DNA of 64,000 nucleotides, taken from positions 64,046,001 through 64,110,000 of the forward strand of contig OX597818.1 in the NCBI GenBank assembly GCA_951406725.2, given 5' to 3'. The translations under genes and the position numbers were made by a program. This document shows positions 14,422 to 28,489 of this stretch, piece after piece (the first letter of the stretch is position 1; every line of letters begins with the position of its first letter). The DNA is from Octopus vulgaris (taxonomy: Eukaryota). Under the pieces are notes generated by a model. That model saw only the letters and a program-made list of their open reading frames with translations, made no database searches and had not been told where the DNA came from.

Positions 14422-15349
14422 TTATATATATATATTTATATATATATATATAGATTTATATATATATATGTAAATATATATACATTTATATATATATAGA
14501 TTTATATATATGAATGTATGTATATATGCATATGATCATACATGCATGCGTGTGTGTATTTATGCATATATGAGTATGCGTGTCTGCGCGTGTGTTTTCG
14601 CGTGTAAGTGCGCGCGTTTGACCAAGGAAGTGCACGTGCTTCTGCATGTACGTACGCAGCTCTTGTGTTAGTTTATATGTACTTTAACATATGTATTTTA
14701 ACATAGCGTCTTTCATAATGTCTTTGTAAGTCGCTACATACATCTTGAAATTTCTTTCAACCAAATTATTTTGAAATGAATAAGGAATTTTCACATTTTG
14801 CAGACACAATCACTAATTTATCGTTACATTTTTGGCTAAATACCAGCGAAAATCGGAATTGAAATGCTGACCTTTTTTTACTCAACAATATTTATTGCAC
14901 TTCCTTTATTTCTAAATCAACGATTTGCCTCCGAGCAACGAAGTTTATTGCAGATCGCATTTCCAAATTTCGGCAATAAATGTGTGAATATTTCAATCCA
15001 TTTTTAATTTTTTTTATTCGTCGCTTATGAAATTTATAAAGGAACAGACAAAATAATATTCAGAGAACACCAGGAATGTATTCATTAAATGTTTAAATTT
15101 TCCTTGAATATTTCTCCTTCTATAAGTTAAACAACTATTTCATATGCTTCAATAATTTGTATGATTATAAAGAAATCCACAAATTTTGCGCATCGAAGCC
15201 GCGAGCAACAGATTTCAGCGGGGTTTTTGAATATTGGTACAAGGGATAAACACATTTCTTCTCAACGACGTGATTCCCTGTTGACTCCCATTGCATGACA
15301 TCGAGGACGGCTGTTTCTATTATAACCTCGCGACGACATATGACATGCA

Positions 15350-15510
15350 AGTGGATTCGGTTGACGGAAACTGAATTAAACCCATCGTATATATATATAT
15401 ATATATATATATATTTCAGTTACCGTCTACCAAATCCACTCACAAGGCTTTGGTGGTAGACACGCTCCAAAGGTACCATGCTGTGGGACTGAACACGGAA
15501 GCATGTGGTT
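15350..15510. mobile_element. Two SINE family A fragments in inverted orientation around (TA)n
   Basis: AGTGGATTCGGTTGACGGAAACTGAA (+) followed by TTTCAGTTACCGTCTACCAAATCCACTCACAAGGC (-). Confidence 0.65.
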
Positions 15511-16139
15511 TGCTTAGACTATGTCTAAGGCTACACCGGAAGATGCAACACAACCCGCTTTCCTCTATCCCACACACAAGGGATCGATATAATCATTCTA
15601 ATGTATAATGATACCTGTTTATTCCATTTTCTTTTTCCCTTATTTCTTACAAACACACACACACACATATATATATGTATGTACCCATTATGTATGCATG
15701 TATGTATGTATTTGCATTTGTATGTGTGTGTGTATTGTATATATAATTTTGGGTATGTGTGCATCTAAGTGTGCGTGATTTTCTGTCTGTGTTTATCACC
15801 CATCATCACCGGAATACCGGTGTTTATATGCTTGCATCGTTACAATTTAGCGCTTCGGTACCTCAGACAGACGCAATATGTAGCAGGATTAAAAGAAGGT
15901 ATTGGGGTCTCTTCTGCAAGACATTGACCTAGTGTGGACGCAGTCTAGCGACTGAAACACTTATTGGATAAAAGAAATATTAGACTGAATTGAGTGTTGA
16001 AATTTTGTAAGATGTAATCTGGGAATCAGTAGAATAAAAATGATTATTTTCTCTACTTGTATATTCTATATGTTATCTTCGAAAAATCTCCATATTCATA
16101 AGTAGTTGAAAAGAAACACTGACCTCAGATTTTTCTTTT

Positions 16140-16870
16140 AAAAATTGGTTTCAAATTTTGACACAAGGTCAGTGATTTTCGAGGTCTGGTGATCGATTAC
16201 ATCAGCCTCATTGGTCTAATTCTACTTAATGTTATCGACTTCGAAAGGCTGAAATGCAAAGTCAACCTCGGCCGAATATGAACTTTCTTTCAAATATTCT
16301 TTTCTACTGTAGGCACTAAGCCTACATTTTGGGGATGGGGGCCAGTCGATTAGATCGATCACAGTACGCAACTGTTACTTAATTGTATTGGCCCTGAAAT
16401 TATGAAAGGCAAAGTCGAGCTCAGCGGAATTTGAACTCAGAACGTAAAGACGGACGAAATACCTATTTCTATTTCTTTACTACCAACAAGGGGCAAAACA
16501 CAGAGGGAACAAACAAGGACAGACAAACGAATTAAGTCGATTATATCGACCCCAGTGCGTAACTGGTACCTATTTAATCGACCCCGAAAGGATGAAAGGC
16601 AAAGTCGACCTCGGCGGAAATTGAACTCAGAACTAAACGACAGACGTAATACCGGTAAGCATTTCGCCCGGCGTGCTAACGTTTCTGCCAGCTCGCCGCC
16701 TTTAAGATATCACTCAGTAAAATATTATCTTCTACTCTAGGCAAAAGACCCTAAATTTGGGCAGAGGGGTCTAGTCGATTAGATTGACCCTAGTAAGAAA
16801 ATAGTCCTTAATTTAATCGTGAAATGCAAAATTCAAGGTTGAAATGCAAAATTGACCTCGGCGGAATATA
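16140..16870 (-). mobile_element. Cluster of SINE family B copies
   Basis: One complete head ends at 16700. The motif GGCAAAGTCGACCTCGGCGGAATTTGAAC recurs four times (about 16255, 16408, 16597, 16845). Confidence 0.8.
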
Positions 16871-17770
16871 AACATTCTTCGAAGTATTAATCTAAATAAC
16901 AAGATCTGATTTCTTTATGAACATACTCCTCGAAATATTTGTATAATAAATACTCATGACGGTACTCTTCACTGCCGCACGATTTGAGTCCACCATTCAA
17001 ATTCTGTCTGGAATCAACAAGCTGTTCTTGAAAATATGATCCCGCTGCCAGACGTCTTAGAAATGAAAACATTCTATTTTCGTTAATGTCATGCTTTCTG
17101 TCTCTCATTCACTAGAAATTGGCTTCTATTAGCATCTTCCTTTTAGTAATATTCTTGGGAATCATTCCGAAGCAGCCAGTTACTCGTTCAATAATGATAA
17201 TAATGTTAACAACGACTTATATTATAAATTTAGAATAATTTATTACACTCATTACCGACTAATCAAATTATTTAATCATTAACACCTTGGGAAAATCGGT
17301 GTGAAAGTGTCTTTACAATTAGAGCAACTGAATTACCAGTCTTCAATATGAAATTTGAACTTCAAAACTTTTCTCTTGGAGATATATCAGAACTAAGCGA
17401 ATTGTTACGAATAAATATTTTGTAAAAAGACCATTCTATGAAGGCATAAGGTGAAATATTCGCAAAACTCATTTGGATTACCTTCATTTATTATGATAAA
17501 ATTGGTTTTAATTATTAATATCTCGGTCTTGCTGAAGTACTTTTATATAAATGTAAATCGTTTGCTTCTTTCTGGTCACTTATATTTGTGTGCCTTCAAA
17601 AAGAAGGCATACATTAATACACACATAGATGCATAGACACACACACTCACACACACATATATATATATATATATGCCCACCTCTATCTCAACACACTCAC
17701 AAACATGTGTATATATATTATTTACATTATTTACATTTGACATATATTTGTCCTCATCTTGTTTGCTGTT

Positions 17771-17816
17771 AACACAACGTTTCGGCTGATATACCCTCCA
17801 GCCTCCATCAGGTGTC
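17771..17816 (-). ncRNA. Minimal type-I hammerhead ribozyme
   Basis: Minus strand GACAC|CTGATGG|A|GGCTG-GAGGGTATAT-CAGCC|GAAA|CG|TT|GTGTT. Core A9 appears as G in this copy. Confidence 0.65.
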
Positions 17817-18320
17817 TTGAACATATGGCGTAGCTATGAGCGCGGGTTACCAAGATTCCGAGATCTATTCCATGCAGTGTCCTGAATAATAGTAATCATA
17901 ATAATAATAATAATAATAATAATAATGGTAATAATGAGTAGAGTTTGTGTGTGCGTATGTGTTTGTGTGTGTGCGTATGTGCTTGTGTGTGTGTGTGTGC
18001 GTGTGTGCTTGCTTGTTTATAGAGACAGGCAGAGATATTCGTATTGCTTTTGATATTAGTATTGGAACTTCCGGCGCGAATATCAATCAGCACAACATGT
18101 CGTTTCCAAATTTCTAGAAGAGTGAATGGTGTCATGCTGCTGTTTTTCTCACAGACAGTGCCCAACACAACCTACTATTCTGTGTAGTCCAGAAAATTGA
18201 AAACAAACAATGCGCATGCGCAAAATTAGAAATTTAATAGGGCGAAAATTAACCCATCGCTGTCAATAGATTTATATATATATATCCATATCTCTCTCTC
18301 TATCTCACTCTATTTCTATC

Positions 18321-18366
<46 letters not shown>

Positions 18367-18398
18367 TCACTCACGCTCTCTCTATCTATCTATCTCTC

Positions 18399-18454
<56 letters not shown>

Positions 18455-18577
18455 AGTAGTAGAATGAATTATCTTGTTATGGATAATTCGGTTAACCGAT
18501 ACCTGGGTAGCAAATTCACATCAGAGAAGACACTTTAAAAGAATGGAGTTGAACGACGAATTAACAAAATTCCTTTA

Positions 18578-18660
18578 TTTTCGACATATGTTTCGAAGGC
18601 TGCATATTGCTAATTGCGAAGAATTAAGGAGTATATTATGCCGCTTTCTCATCAGGAAAA
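18578..18660 (-). ncRNA. Type-I hammerhead ribozyme, canonical core
   Basis: TTTTC|CTGATGA|GAAAGCGGCATA...TATGCAGCCTTC|GAAA|CATATG|TC|GAAAA. Stem III is the palindrome ACATATGT and the cleavage triplet is GUC. Confidence 0.85.
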
Positions 18661-19249
18661 GCAAAGAACTTATGTCAACATCAAGATGCACAAAAAAACT
18701 TTTAGATGACTGCTCACACGGCGCCCATAGCGATAATGAGTGTCTCTTTAAAAAATTCCTTTATAAGGAGTGACGTCAAAATGGTTGGATGTAGAAAATT
18801 CTAGAATGTTCTAAAGGTGAAAGGGTTCAAACGAAGTAGAAGAGAGACATAAGAATAGGAAGGTGAAAGGTTGCAGTTCAAATAAATGGTGAATTTTCTT
18901 TTGTGAATGAGTGTCTGTGTGTGTGACTGTATATAACTGCATTAATGTGTGTGTGTGTATGTGTGTGCGTGATTGTGTTTGTGGATGGGTAGATGTCAGA
19001 AAACAGACAGTGGTGAGGTGAACGGTTTGTGTCTGTGTGTTTGATTGTGCTTACTATAGATAGAGGGAAAAGAGAGAGATAAAGAGAGAGAAAGAGGAGG
19101 GCGAGGTACAGGGACAAAGGTAACACATACCTCACTGGATTGGTTAGTAGTTCTTTGAAAGTAAAAAAAGAATTTTTTGACTATGGGGGTGAAATATATA
19201 AAAAAAGAGTTATATTAATTAAAATTCAAGGGGCTTACTATATTAATCA

Positions 19250-19531
19250 TTATTCATATGATTGAAAGGTGTGTTTTTGCCAGTGCATGGATCTGTAGGA
19301 CCTCTCGACTATCGTATTTATTAAAGGGACTTTGGCGAACAAAATATGAAATAGTTCGGAATTACAGACGCCACAATGTTTTCTGCCCTTGTCAAACGGG
19401 AAGGATACCGACAATATGGACCATTCCAGTTTGAAAGTTGTATTGCTGTCCTTCAGACGCCAAACTAATTTACTTAGTCCCGTGCTGTGTTGTTTTCTCT
19501 TATCTCTTTTGCACTGGTAAATGGTGTTTCT
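19250..19531 (-). pseudogene. PLE GIY-YIG endonuclease C-terminal remnant
   Basis: Manual translation: RNTIYQCK/RDKRKQHSTGLSKLVWRLKDSNTTFKLEWSILSVSFPFDKGRKHCGVCNSELFHILFAKVPLINTIVERSYRSMHWQKHTFQSYE*. Shows the STxLSxxxWxLK..W.I..CxxCxxE pattern; the YIG segment is missing. Confidence 0.7.
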
Positions 19532-19771
19532 AATTTTGGAATTTTTGGATAGGAACTTTTATCTGTTGGGGTTAACAGATTAAACACTTTGTTTATATAT
19601 ATATATATATCTGTCTAAATATTTATATATACAGAGATTCGGATGAATATGGTACTTAATATGAGGCACCAGAATTCAGTACGCTTTTATCCATACAATT
19701 TCAAAATAAGGTGGTTATTTTGATCATATATATATATATATATCCATTTATCTCTCTATCCGTCTATCCGT

Positions 19772-19883
<112 letters not shown>

Positions 19884-19908
19884 GTATACAAATATCGATA
19901 TATATATG

Positions 19909-19945
<37 letters not shown>

Positions 19946-21034
19946 TTGTGTGTATATATATATTTAACACACACGCACACTCACACATTGATATGAAATA
20001 AAATACAATATATTTCAGCATTGCGTAACCTCTTTGTAACACGTCCTCCTAATCCTTAAGCTAGCTTTAAATTAATTGTATCTATGACGTCTCCCATTCT
20101 GCGTTTTCACTAAATTTCGTAAGCATAAACTGCACAGAATATTTTGTAACGTCTCAGCAGGTTACATATTATAATCTACTATAATATTAAATAATTGATT
20201 ATTTTCCCACCATTAATGCTTTATGCGAAGAAGTACCCATGCAAATATTCCCTTTATGAGCAATATGATAAAATACGATTCCGTTTTATGTTGCATAAAT
20301 ATGTTCCACACAAATTTGAAATTACATAAGCAAATATTTCGTATGTAGAATAATTTTTTTTTCCCTCCGATTTTAATTTAACGGAATTACTTCCTGGCGA
20401 ATGCCATTTTTAATAGGATTTCAAACATCAAGGGATATTAAGACCTGTAATTTAGGTGTATTACCGAAGACTTTAAAAACAAATACACAGACACATACGC
20501 AATCATACACGCACACACACATATATACTTATTATAGTTTTTGAGCCTGATGAAACGCAAACTAAGAGGAAGATTACATTAAACTCCACAGAAGTCATCA
20601 ATTTTATCCAAATACATTTAATTCATATCATGGATTCGGAAAATGCCTCGTTGACCCGTTACAACATGTACGATAATCTAGTTATTTAGGGTTCCGCTCA
20701 GGACTAAACTTGTTAATAGGTTTACAGTTTAACACCATTTATGAACTCGACATTTAATTTAATAAGTGAATTGCTTGGATGCAGGTAATTTATACGCCCG
20801 TTCGTGGCTCAATTGCTGGGAGTTAAATAGCAGTAATAAAATTCATAGGGCTGTCCTGATATATACAAAGGCTTTTCAAATGACAGACGGAAAAACTCTG
20901 TATAATTTAACATGTTAATTAAAAAGAAATACGCAAATGACCATTTTGAATGTATACATTACAATACCCCTGCATAGACACAAACGCAAACAATAACACA
21001 CTTACAACAATGTATATATATATATATATATATA

Positions 21035-21317
21035 TTTATCTGTAAATGAAATATGTGACAATTATTCGCTAGCCATGATAAAATTCTGAGTTTCGGATGC
21101 CGAGGTGGAAATCCACGCGGCGATCTCTTCAGTTATCCGGCCATCGGAAGAATGCTATGAAAATGGTATGACCGGATAACTAAAGAGATGATAGCGTGAA
21201 TTTCCACCTCAGCATCCGAACCTCGGAATAATTGTAAAATTTTACATTTACAGATAAATTCCTGTATTTACATAATATCGAGGTCCCTTTCTTTTTTTGT
21301 TGTCTTACCATTTTTAT

Positions 21318-21320
<3 letters not shown>
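21035..21320. mobile_element. (TA)n-flanked fold-back element with hammerhead-like motif in both arms
   Basis: 21035-21140 is inverted at 21170-21258. Minus arm 21077-21137: GATAA|CTGAAGA|GATCGCCG..CGGCATCC|GAAA|CTCAGAA|TT|TTATC. Same family as 60151. Confidence 0.7.
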
Positions 21321-21353
<33 letters not shown>

Positions 21354-22981
21354 ATGTGTACGTGTGTACTATATGAAAAATCATAGATTTGGGAGGGGTA
21401 ATTCGGTTACAGATTATATCATGTCTGATTTGTGTTGGGACAATTTTTCAGTTAGATTTATATTTTATATTCTCTTAAATCAAAGTTAGTATTAAAAATC
21501 TAGAATTTCAATCCAGTGCATATATTTACTTATATAAATCATTTATAAATGTGGCAGAATATTGCACACATTTGTCAAATTATTGTTAAATCTCAATTTT
21601 AATTTTAATTAGACATACACACAATCCAAGTATTTTCTGTTTTGTTTATAAGGATAGTAAAGCCTCAATTTTCGTTAATGTAAGCAAATTAGTAAAGCAT
21701 TTCGATTAAAATAAATGTTGAGAATTACAACAATCGAAAGAACAAATATATAAACACTAAAATTTAATCTAGGATTTGTAATTTATCTAGGAGTGTATCA
21801 AGAGAATAATATTGACATGAAATACGTTCTCTATCGTGATGTAGAAGAGAATTGTTCGTAATTGTTAAAATATCTAACAAGTTGATACGTGACATTTTAA
21901 TGGTGGTTTATTTTCAAGATATCAACAAACTGTCAACGATATTGCAATAACCCAACGTAAATGCCTTTATACAGATCATTAAATAAGACAGGATCGAATT
22001 TGAAATTTAATAACAAAAAGAAACCTTAATATATAAGTGTCATTTTACCTGATTATTCGTATTCAGCATTCATACCAGAAATAATATAACTCAAATTTCC
22101 ACAGATGTTATAAGGTCGTTTTAGTGTTTCGCAATTTGTGAAATATATAATACTGAAAAATTTCGTAAGACAATGAATTGATATTTGGATACGATGTTTT
22201 AAAATAGGCTTAAATTGTATGTAGATGCCATAGAACTTATGAACAAGAAGAAAACACATCCTTTTATTTTTGTTTTGGAATACATAAATTACATATGCAT
22301 GTGACATGATTAGGTGTTAAACTAATTTAATTTGAGTGATCAGGAGAACTGGAACTCTAAATACTGACAAAGCAGATTAATCCTCGAATCTTGGTTGATA
22401 TTATATGTAAATATGTATGTGCGTGAGTATGCGAAATATCTGTATGCGTGTGTGTGTGTCTACTTGTCTGTGTTTGTGTGTGAGCGTGTTTGTAATACAT
22501 CTATTGTAAAGACATTTTCAATTTTTATCTCATCACAAACATTATTCCGGCGTTTCAAGCGGAATATACATATTTGTGGGCGGCGGTTGTAAACAATTAA
22601 ATGTAATTTCGTAATCTGGCATTGTTCCATATTTTAATGGTTTCTCTAATGATGTTCCGAATTATCCTTGCTTATCTAAATTAAACAATATATTGGGATA
22701 TTCTTTAGAGTTGTGTATATATTTTACTGATACATATGTTTTTCACATTATTTGTGGGCAAAGATTTATGTGATAAACACACACCAAACCCGAATCTGCA
22801 ATGAGCCCTTGAAGATAAAAGAAACCAAGGATTTCTTGTTGATATTAAAATATATTCCAGACATTTTTATGATTGTTGCATGGTTAAAACTGAGATCAAA
22901 ATATTTGTTTGAAGTAAATCATATCTATTATGTCAACACGCAGTACTTGGATATGTGTTAAAGATTAAAGTTCATCATATA

Positions 22982-23031
<50 letters not shown>

Positions 23032-23592
23032 TGAGAGAGAGAGAGAATGTGTGTATTATAATGGAGAAAGCTGCTTATCTAAATGTTACTAACAGAAAGC
23101 TATTGTTAAAGGCTTGACTGTCTGGAAATGTTTTTATATATTTATGTTCCAAGAAATTTCCTGTAATTTAGTTTCCTGAATATTATTGAATATTTGAACT
23201 ACAAGGTTTTTCCCTAATTTAAATATTCGTTGCATTCATCGTGGAGTAGATGTTAATCTTTAATAGACAATATTCGTTGCAGGCGAAATTTCCGTTTCCA
23301 TTTGCTGCAGCTTCTCACTCTCTCTCTCTCTCTCTCTCACCTTTATTTTCTTTAATAATTATTTAATATACATTCATTTCAATGTTACATTCCAAGGTTT
23401 AATTCGCTATTTGCAAAATCCACTGTTTATTCTATATGCGTAATGCAAAAAATTCATGGAATGAATGAATGCTATTAGACAAAACATGTATATAACTTTG
23501 AAGCTTATGATACGAGGCAGAGCTTCAAGAATATCATTTTCCGGAGCTTGTTAAATGAATATTTTTGATAATATGAATTTTTAAATATACTG

Positions 23593-23594
<2 letters not shown>

Positions 23595-23670
<76 letters not shown>
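23595..23670. repeat. (TCTA)n microsatellite
   Basis: Seen directly. Confidence 0.95.
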
Positions 23671-24179
23671 CTCTATATATATATTGTTAAAAAGTGATTT
23701 TATTTGTATAGTTGCTTGGGACACTATAATCCTAACAAGAATAACTATGCGATCGCGGCTATTTGTAGCACGCTAAACGTAATTGGATTCCCTTGAAGTT
23801 TATTTCAATTAGAGGTATATTACGATTATGATAGATTACTGAATGGAATTACTAAGGAAGTGAGATCTTTTGTCAATTGAAGTTTTCAGGAAAACACACT
23901 TTCTGAGCTTCCTATTATTGTTGAATATATCAACTTCACGAATTTAAGTATTCGTTACAATCTTTTATTTATACAATTTTGTCATTTCATTTCTATTTCC
24001 TTAATTCTTAGCAATTTTGTCTCTCCCCGCTCTCTCTCTCTATCTCACACACATACACACATACACAGTCTGTGTAATATAAACACACACACCAGGGGTG
24101 ATTTCGTTATAACACATACATCACATTAGAATTTTGCAATTTAACATAGGAGGTCCAGAAAAATGTGCGACTGAAAAAG

Positions 24180-24830
24180 AATATTTAGCTGTAAGAGTAC
24201 AACGGCGGAAAGAGAGACCAACAACTGAATCATATGAAACCGGAGCAACGGACTAAGACAACTGTTTGAATATGCACGTAAAAGTAGAGATGATTCGGTT
24301 TTTACTATACATGACCGACTGGTCATGTGTATCTCGAGAGGAGAATGCTCTACTTCAAAATGATTCAGCTTTCACCGTCTGTGATAATATTGATAATAAG
24401 TATCAGACGCCTATTTATAATAAATATCAAATACCAAGCCTTCTACACTTCAGTGATATACAAGCAGAAACACTCGTTCCAACAAACGAGGTGCTGAGAG
24501 AAGGGTCCAAGTATATACTGCAGAAGTGACAAGGAAAATGTTTCAAGTTAGGAAGAATTCTGTTAAACGATTAGCAATGAAAGGCAATTTCGATAATTTT
24601 CAAGAAGAGTCTGTTCTGTCTGTTGTACTCTCACACAATTCAGGGAATCTCTTTGACAATGTTTCTTCATACAGCAAATGTTACAGATGGGCTGCTGAAG
24701 TGAAATCTTTATGTTGCTTTGAGTAGATTGTAAAAGTTTACAAATTGCATCCTCATCGGTAGTTGGACCAATTTTCTGTTTCATTAAAAAAGAGAGATTA
24801 TGACTGTCATAAAATAATGAAAGCAATATT
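24180..24830 (+). pseudogene. Possible decayed DNA-transposase fragment
   Basis: Broken frames give GLRQLFEYARKSRDD and NLFDNVSSYSKCYR, resembling the DLxAxxxxYHxxCY motif of some invertebrate transposases. Many stops. Confidence 0.3.
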
Positions 24831-24979
24831 TACTAAGCAAGTGAGTACTATTAAACAAAGAAATAATTAGACATAAAATATCGAAAACATTACCCGAATT
24901 GGGAATCAAAAGGGAAAATATGAACAAACTTCTAGCAGAAAACCGCCAAGAGGGCGGTCTTTCTACTAGTCTCTCTCTC

Positions 24980-25419
<440 letters not shown>

Positions 25420-25444
25420 TATATATATATATATATACGTACAT

Positions 25445-25935
25445 ACAGTGTGTTAGGGCTAAATGTCCCCATTACGCTGTAATATTTTGACGTATTGTTG
25501 AACTGTCAACGGCGTTGGAGAGTATAAATATTAACTGGCATGGTGGATTTTGAAACCATCTGAATATTGAAAATGAGTTACGGGCATCATGAGGCTTCGC
25601 GTAGTTTATGAAAATGCCGACAATATGACTTTTGTTCATTTCTCTGTGATTACTGTAAAAAGTGCAGGATATTACAAGAACGTCATGAAAGCCATCTACC
25701 TCCAAACGATGACAGTGTTTTGGGTGTCTCCAGCATGAGCACATCTTTGAAAATAGCATGAAATACAACTAGAAACTGTGGTCAAACCATTCGTGAAATA
25801 GTTTAGATCTTGACGGCCCTATGCATGGAAACTGGATTCGGATTCTTGCCAATATTCACCAAAAGAGTCAGAATTGGTAGTTGAAGAATTTCTACGACAT
25901 CATTACATGAGGCTTTTGGACGTTAAATCCTCCCC

Positions 25936-25937
<2 letters not shown>
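25445..25937 (+). pseudogene. Decayed Tc1/mariner (DD37D/maT-like) transposon fragment
   Basis: TA-CAGTGTG start. Translation VKPFVK..RPYAWKLDSDSCQYS..K SSP resembles the VKPW..GRPYVWQQDSAPCHTS..WPPNSPD segment of this family. Confidence 0.55.
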
Positions 25938-25967
<30 letters not shown>

Positions 25968-26034
25968 TCAATATAGGGTAGCAAAAAATTCAGCAGAAAT
26001 TATTTGCCACCAGCGGTCTAGTTCCTTAATTTTG

Positions 26035-26088
<54 letters not shown>

Positions 26089-26094
<6 letters not shown>

Positions 26095-27384
26095 AAGCAA
26101 ACGAAAGGCGGTGCTATTGGAGTGGGGATCGCCGGTGACGTTGCTAACCTCTTCATGGTATGGTGGGACAAGCGTTTTAAACAGTGCCTAGCAAACCGTA
26201 ACATCCACTTGGCTATGTACTCTCGTTACGTCGACGACATTAACCTTGTTGTGAAATGTAATACAGACACAGTTATGGGCCCTCTACCAAGTGAAGAACA
26301 GGTGATGACATCTATACAACACATAGCTGACTCTATCCACAGCAGTATAAAACTTACCATAGACTACCCCTCTAGACACCCCAGTAAACGATTACCCGTC
26401 CTAGATACTGAGCTATGGATGGAAGACGCTATAGTTAATGGTACCATTAAACCATGTATACTCCACTCACACTATCAGAAACCGATGGCTAATCCACTAG
26501 TAATCCGTAGTGACTCAGCTGTGTCGGATACTGCCAAACTCAACATCCTAGTGGCAGACTTAGTTAGAGTAATGAGGAATGTATCACCACTATGCCAACC
26601 ACAAGAACGACAACAACACATCCAGCACTACATATTCCGAATGCAACGTTCCGGATACACACAAGACGATAGAGTCAGGGTGTACAAAGGAGCGAAAGCT
26701 AGATTCGAACGCATTCTAGGGAACGACGAAAACGGTATATGCCCCCTGTACCGCAACAAGTTCTGGAATAGGTTAGAGAGGGACACCAACAAAAAGATGA
26801 GAAACGTTACTTGGTACGATAACAGGAGATTTCACGGAGTGATGTTCGTTGACGCCACACCTATGAACGAGCTAAGTAAGGCATTCAAGAAAGTCCTGCG
26901 CACTACGGGCCTAAAAGTTAAAGTTGTAGAAAAGACAGGTAGGACTATCAAATCGGCATTATGCAGATCATATCCATTTGATAGAATCACCTGTCAGAGT
27001 AATTGTGCAGTGTGTTCGACAAATCCACACGTAAATTGTAAAACCAAGGGCACTGTATACCAGATTAAGTGCCAGGAGGGAGCTTGCGCGGCTAACCCGG
27101 AGTCATACATAGGTGAGACCTCTAGAAGCATCAATGATAGGTTCAAAGAACACCTGGACAACTACATTGAAAGGAAGCCAAACTCCATCTTCTACCAACA
27201 TGCTGTAGACTGCCACAAGGGATCCTTAGGGGAGCTTAAGTTGAACATCCTATCTACACATCCCACCGATGCAATGTTGAGACAGGTCACAGAAGCTGTT
27301 TGTATACAAGAATACAAACCTACTCTCAACCGAAAGTCCGAATGGAATAACATCCAGATCCCATTCAGAAGGACTATTCTATAA
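26089..27384 (+). CDS. Penelope-like retroelement polyprotein, 5'-truncated: RT C-terminal half, Cys-rich linker, GIY-YIG endonuclease
   Basis: YKQTKGGAIG (RT motif B'), YSRYVDD (motif C), LPVLD, HYQKPM, CQSNCAVC..C, VYQIKC..YIGETSR..RFKEH, LRQVTEA..LNRKSE. No stops in about 430 codons. The ATG is an artefact of the TA junction. Confidence 0.93.
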
Positions 27385-28489
27385 CCACCCCTCTCTCTCT
27401 CTCCCTTTCACCTGTAGTCCTTACATACAGGTTGCAATGCGTATGTGCAGTTATATACAACGGTATGAGCAGACGTTGTTTGATACGAACAGTCGCACCT
27501 AGGCGTTGTACCCATTCACGGTTAGACGACGATGAGAGGAACAAACACACACCCACACACATATATATATATGTGTGTGCGTCTATACAAACATATATGT
27601 AAATATGTATACAACCTTCAGCTAAGTAACAGTCATGTACACAACTTGGACGGACACATGCCAGTACACGGACATACGTTCACATACACATACACATGTA
27701 CACACTCTCACGGACACATCTGCCCATTCTCCTAGACACTCACATACATACGTAGCACATGAATACAAACATACATACATACCTACGTATGGGCATACAC
27801 ACGTACATACGCACGTACATGTACACACACACATACATGGGCACATGCATACGGGCGCGTATACATACATACGCACATGCGTACGTATGTACATACATAC
27901 ATACATACATACATACATACATACATACATACATACATACATACATACATACGCACATACATACATACATACGAACAATAGTAAAACATTAGTTCTGTGA
28001 TATAGAGATAAAAATCTGATAATAGATTTTAGGGTATAGTTCTTGTGAGCAAGCGTCATAAATTCACTTTCTAGCCTCGGCCGTAGGGAGTTGAAATTTG
28101 ATAGCGTTGTGATGAGTGGTCACTCTACATCCATCCATCGCTACAGGTTTATAACTTTATGTTTTATAGAGTGTATGTGCGTGCTTATACACACACATAC
28201 ATATATACATACATACATACATACATGCATACACAGGCGTATGTGCGGACATGAATACGTACATACATACACACATGTATGCATACATACACACATACAT
28301 ACGTACATACATATATATGACGAACTAACTGTTACTTTCTTAGATGCAGCACGGACTTTGTCAGTGAACAGGTCGCGGATTTTAGCGACGAAAATATTTT
28401 GACAAATTAAACTTAAATGTTGGAGTGAATCGAACGGCTTTTGTGTGTTTCTTAAATGGCTTATAAACACCTCCCACGCTGCAATTGTT
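26091..28489 (+). mobile_element. Penelope-like element insertion (ORF + about 1.1-kb 3' UTR with microsatellites and hammerhead) in a (TA)n tract
   Basis: (TA)n precedes 26091 and follows about 28489. ORF and hammerhead are co-oriented. Confidence 0.8.
28357..28406 (+). ncRNA. Type-I hammerhead ribozyme with G3:C8 swapped core (GUGAACA)
   Basis: TTTGTCA|GTGAACA|G|GTCGC-GGATTTTA-GCGAC|GAAA|ATAT|TT|TGACAAA. 7-bp stem I, 5-bp stem II, palindromic AATATT stem III. Confidence 0.8.

Larger units (their letters stand above)
18451..19596 (-). mobile_element. 3' fragment of a Penelope-like element (deleted GIY-YIG C-terminus + 3' UTR with hammerhead), (TA)n on both sides
   Basis: Minus-strand frame and hammerhead listed separately. 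18451-18735 matches 58955-59281. Confidence 0.75.

Noticed and set aside
16887-17108. 73-aa minus-strand ORF as a host exon
   Set aside because: No recognisable domain and no supporting neighbouring exons.
26032-26088. N-terminus MLYIYI.. of the 450-aa ORF
   Set aside because: Read-through of the (TA)n target site, not part of the PLE protein.
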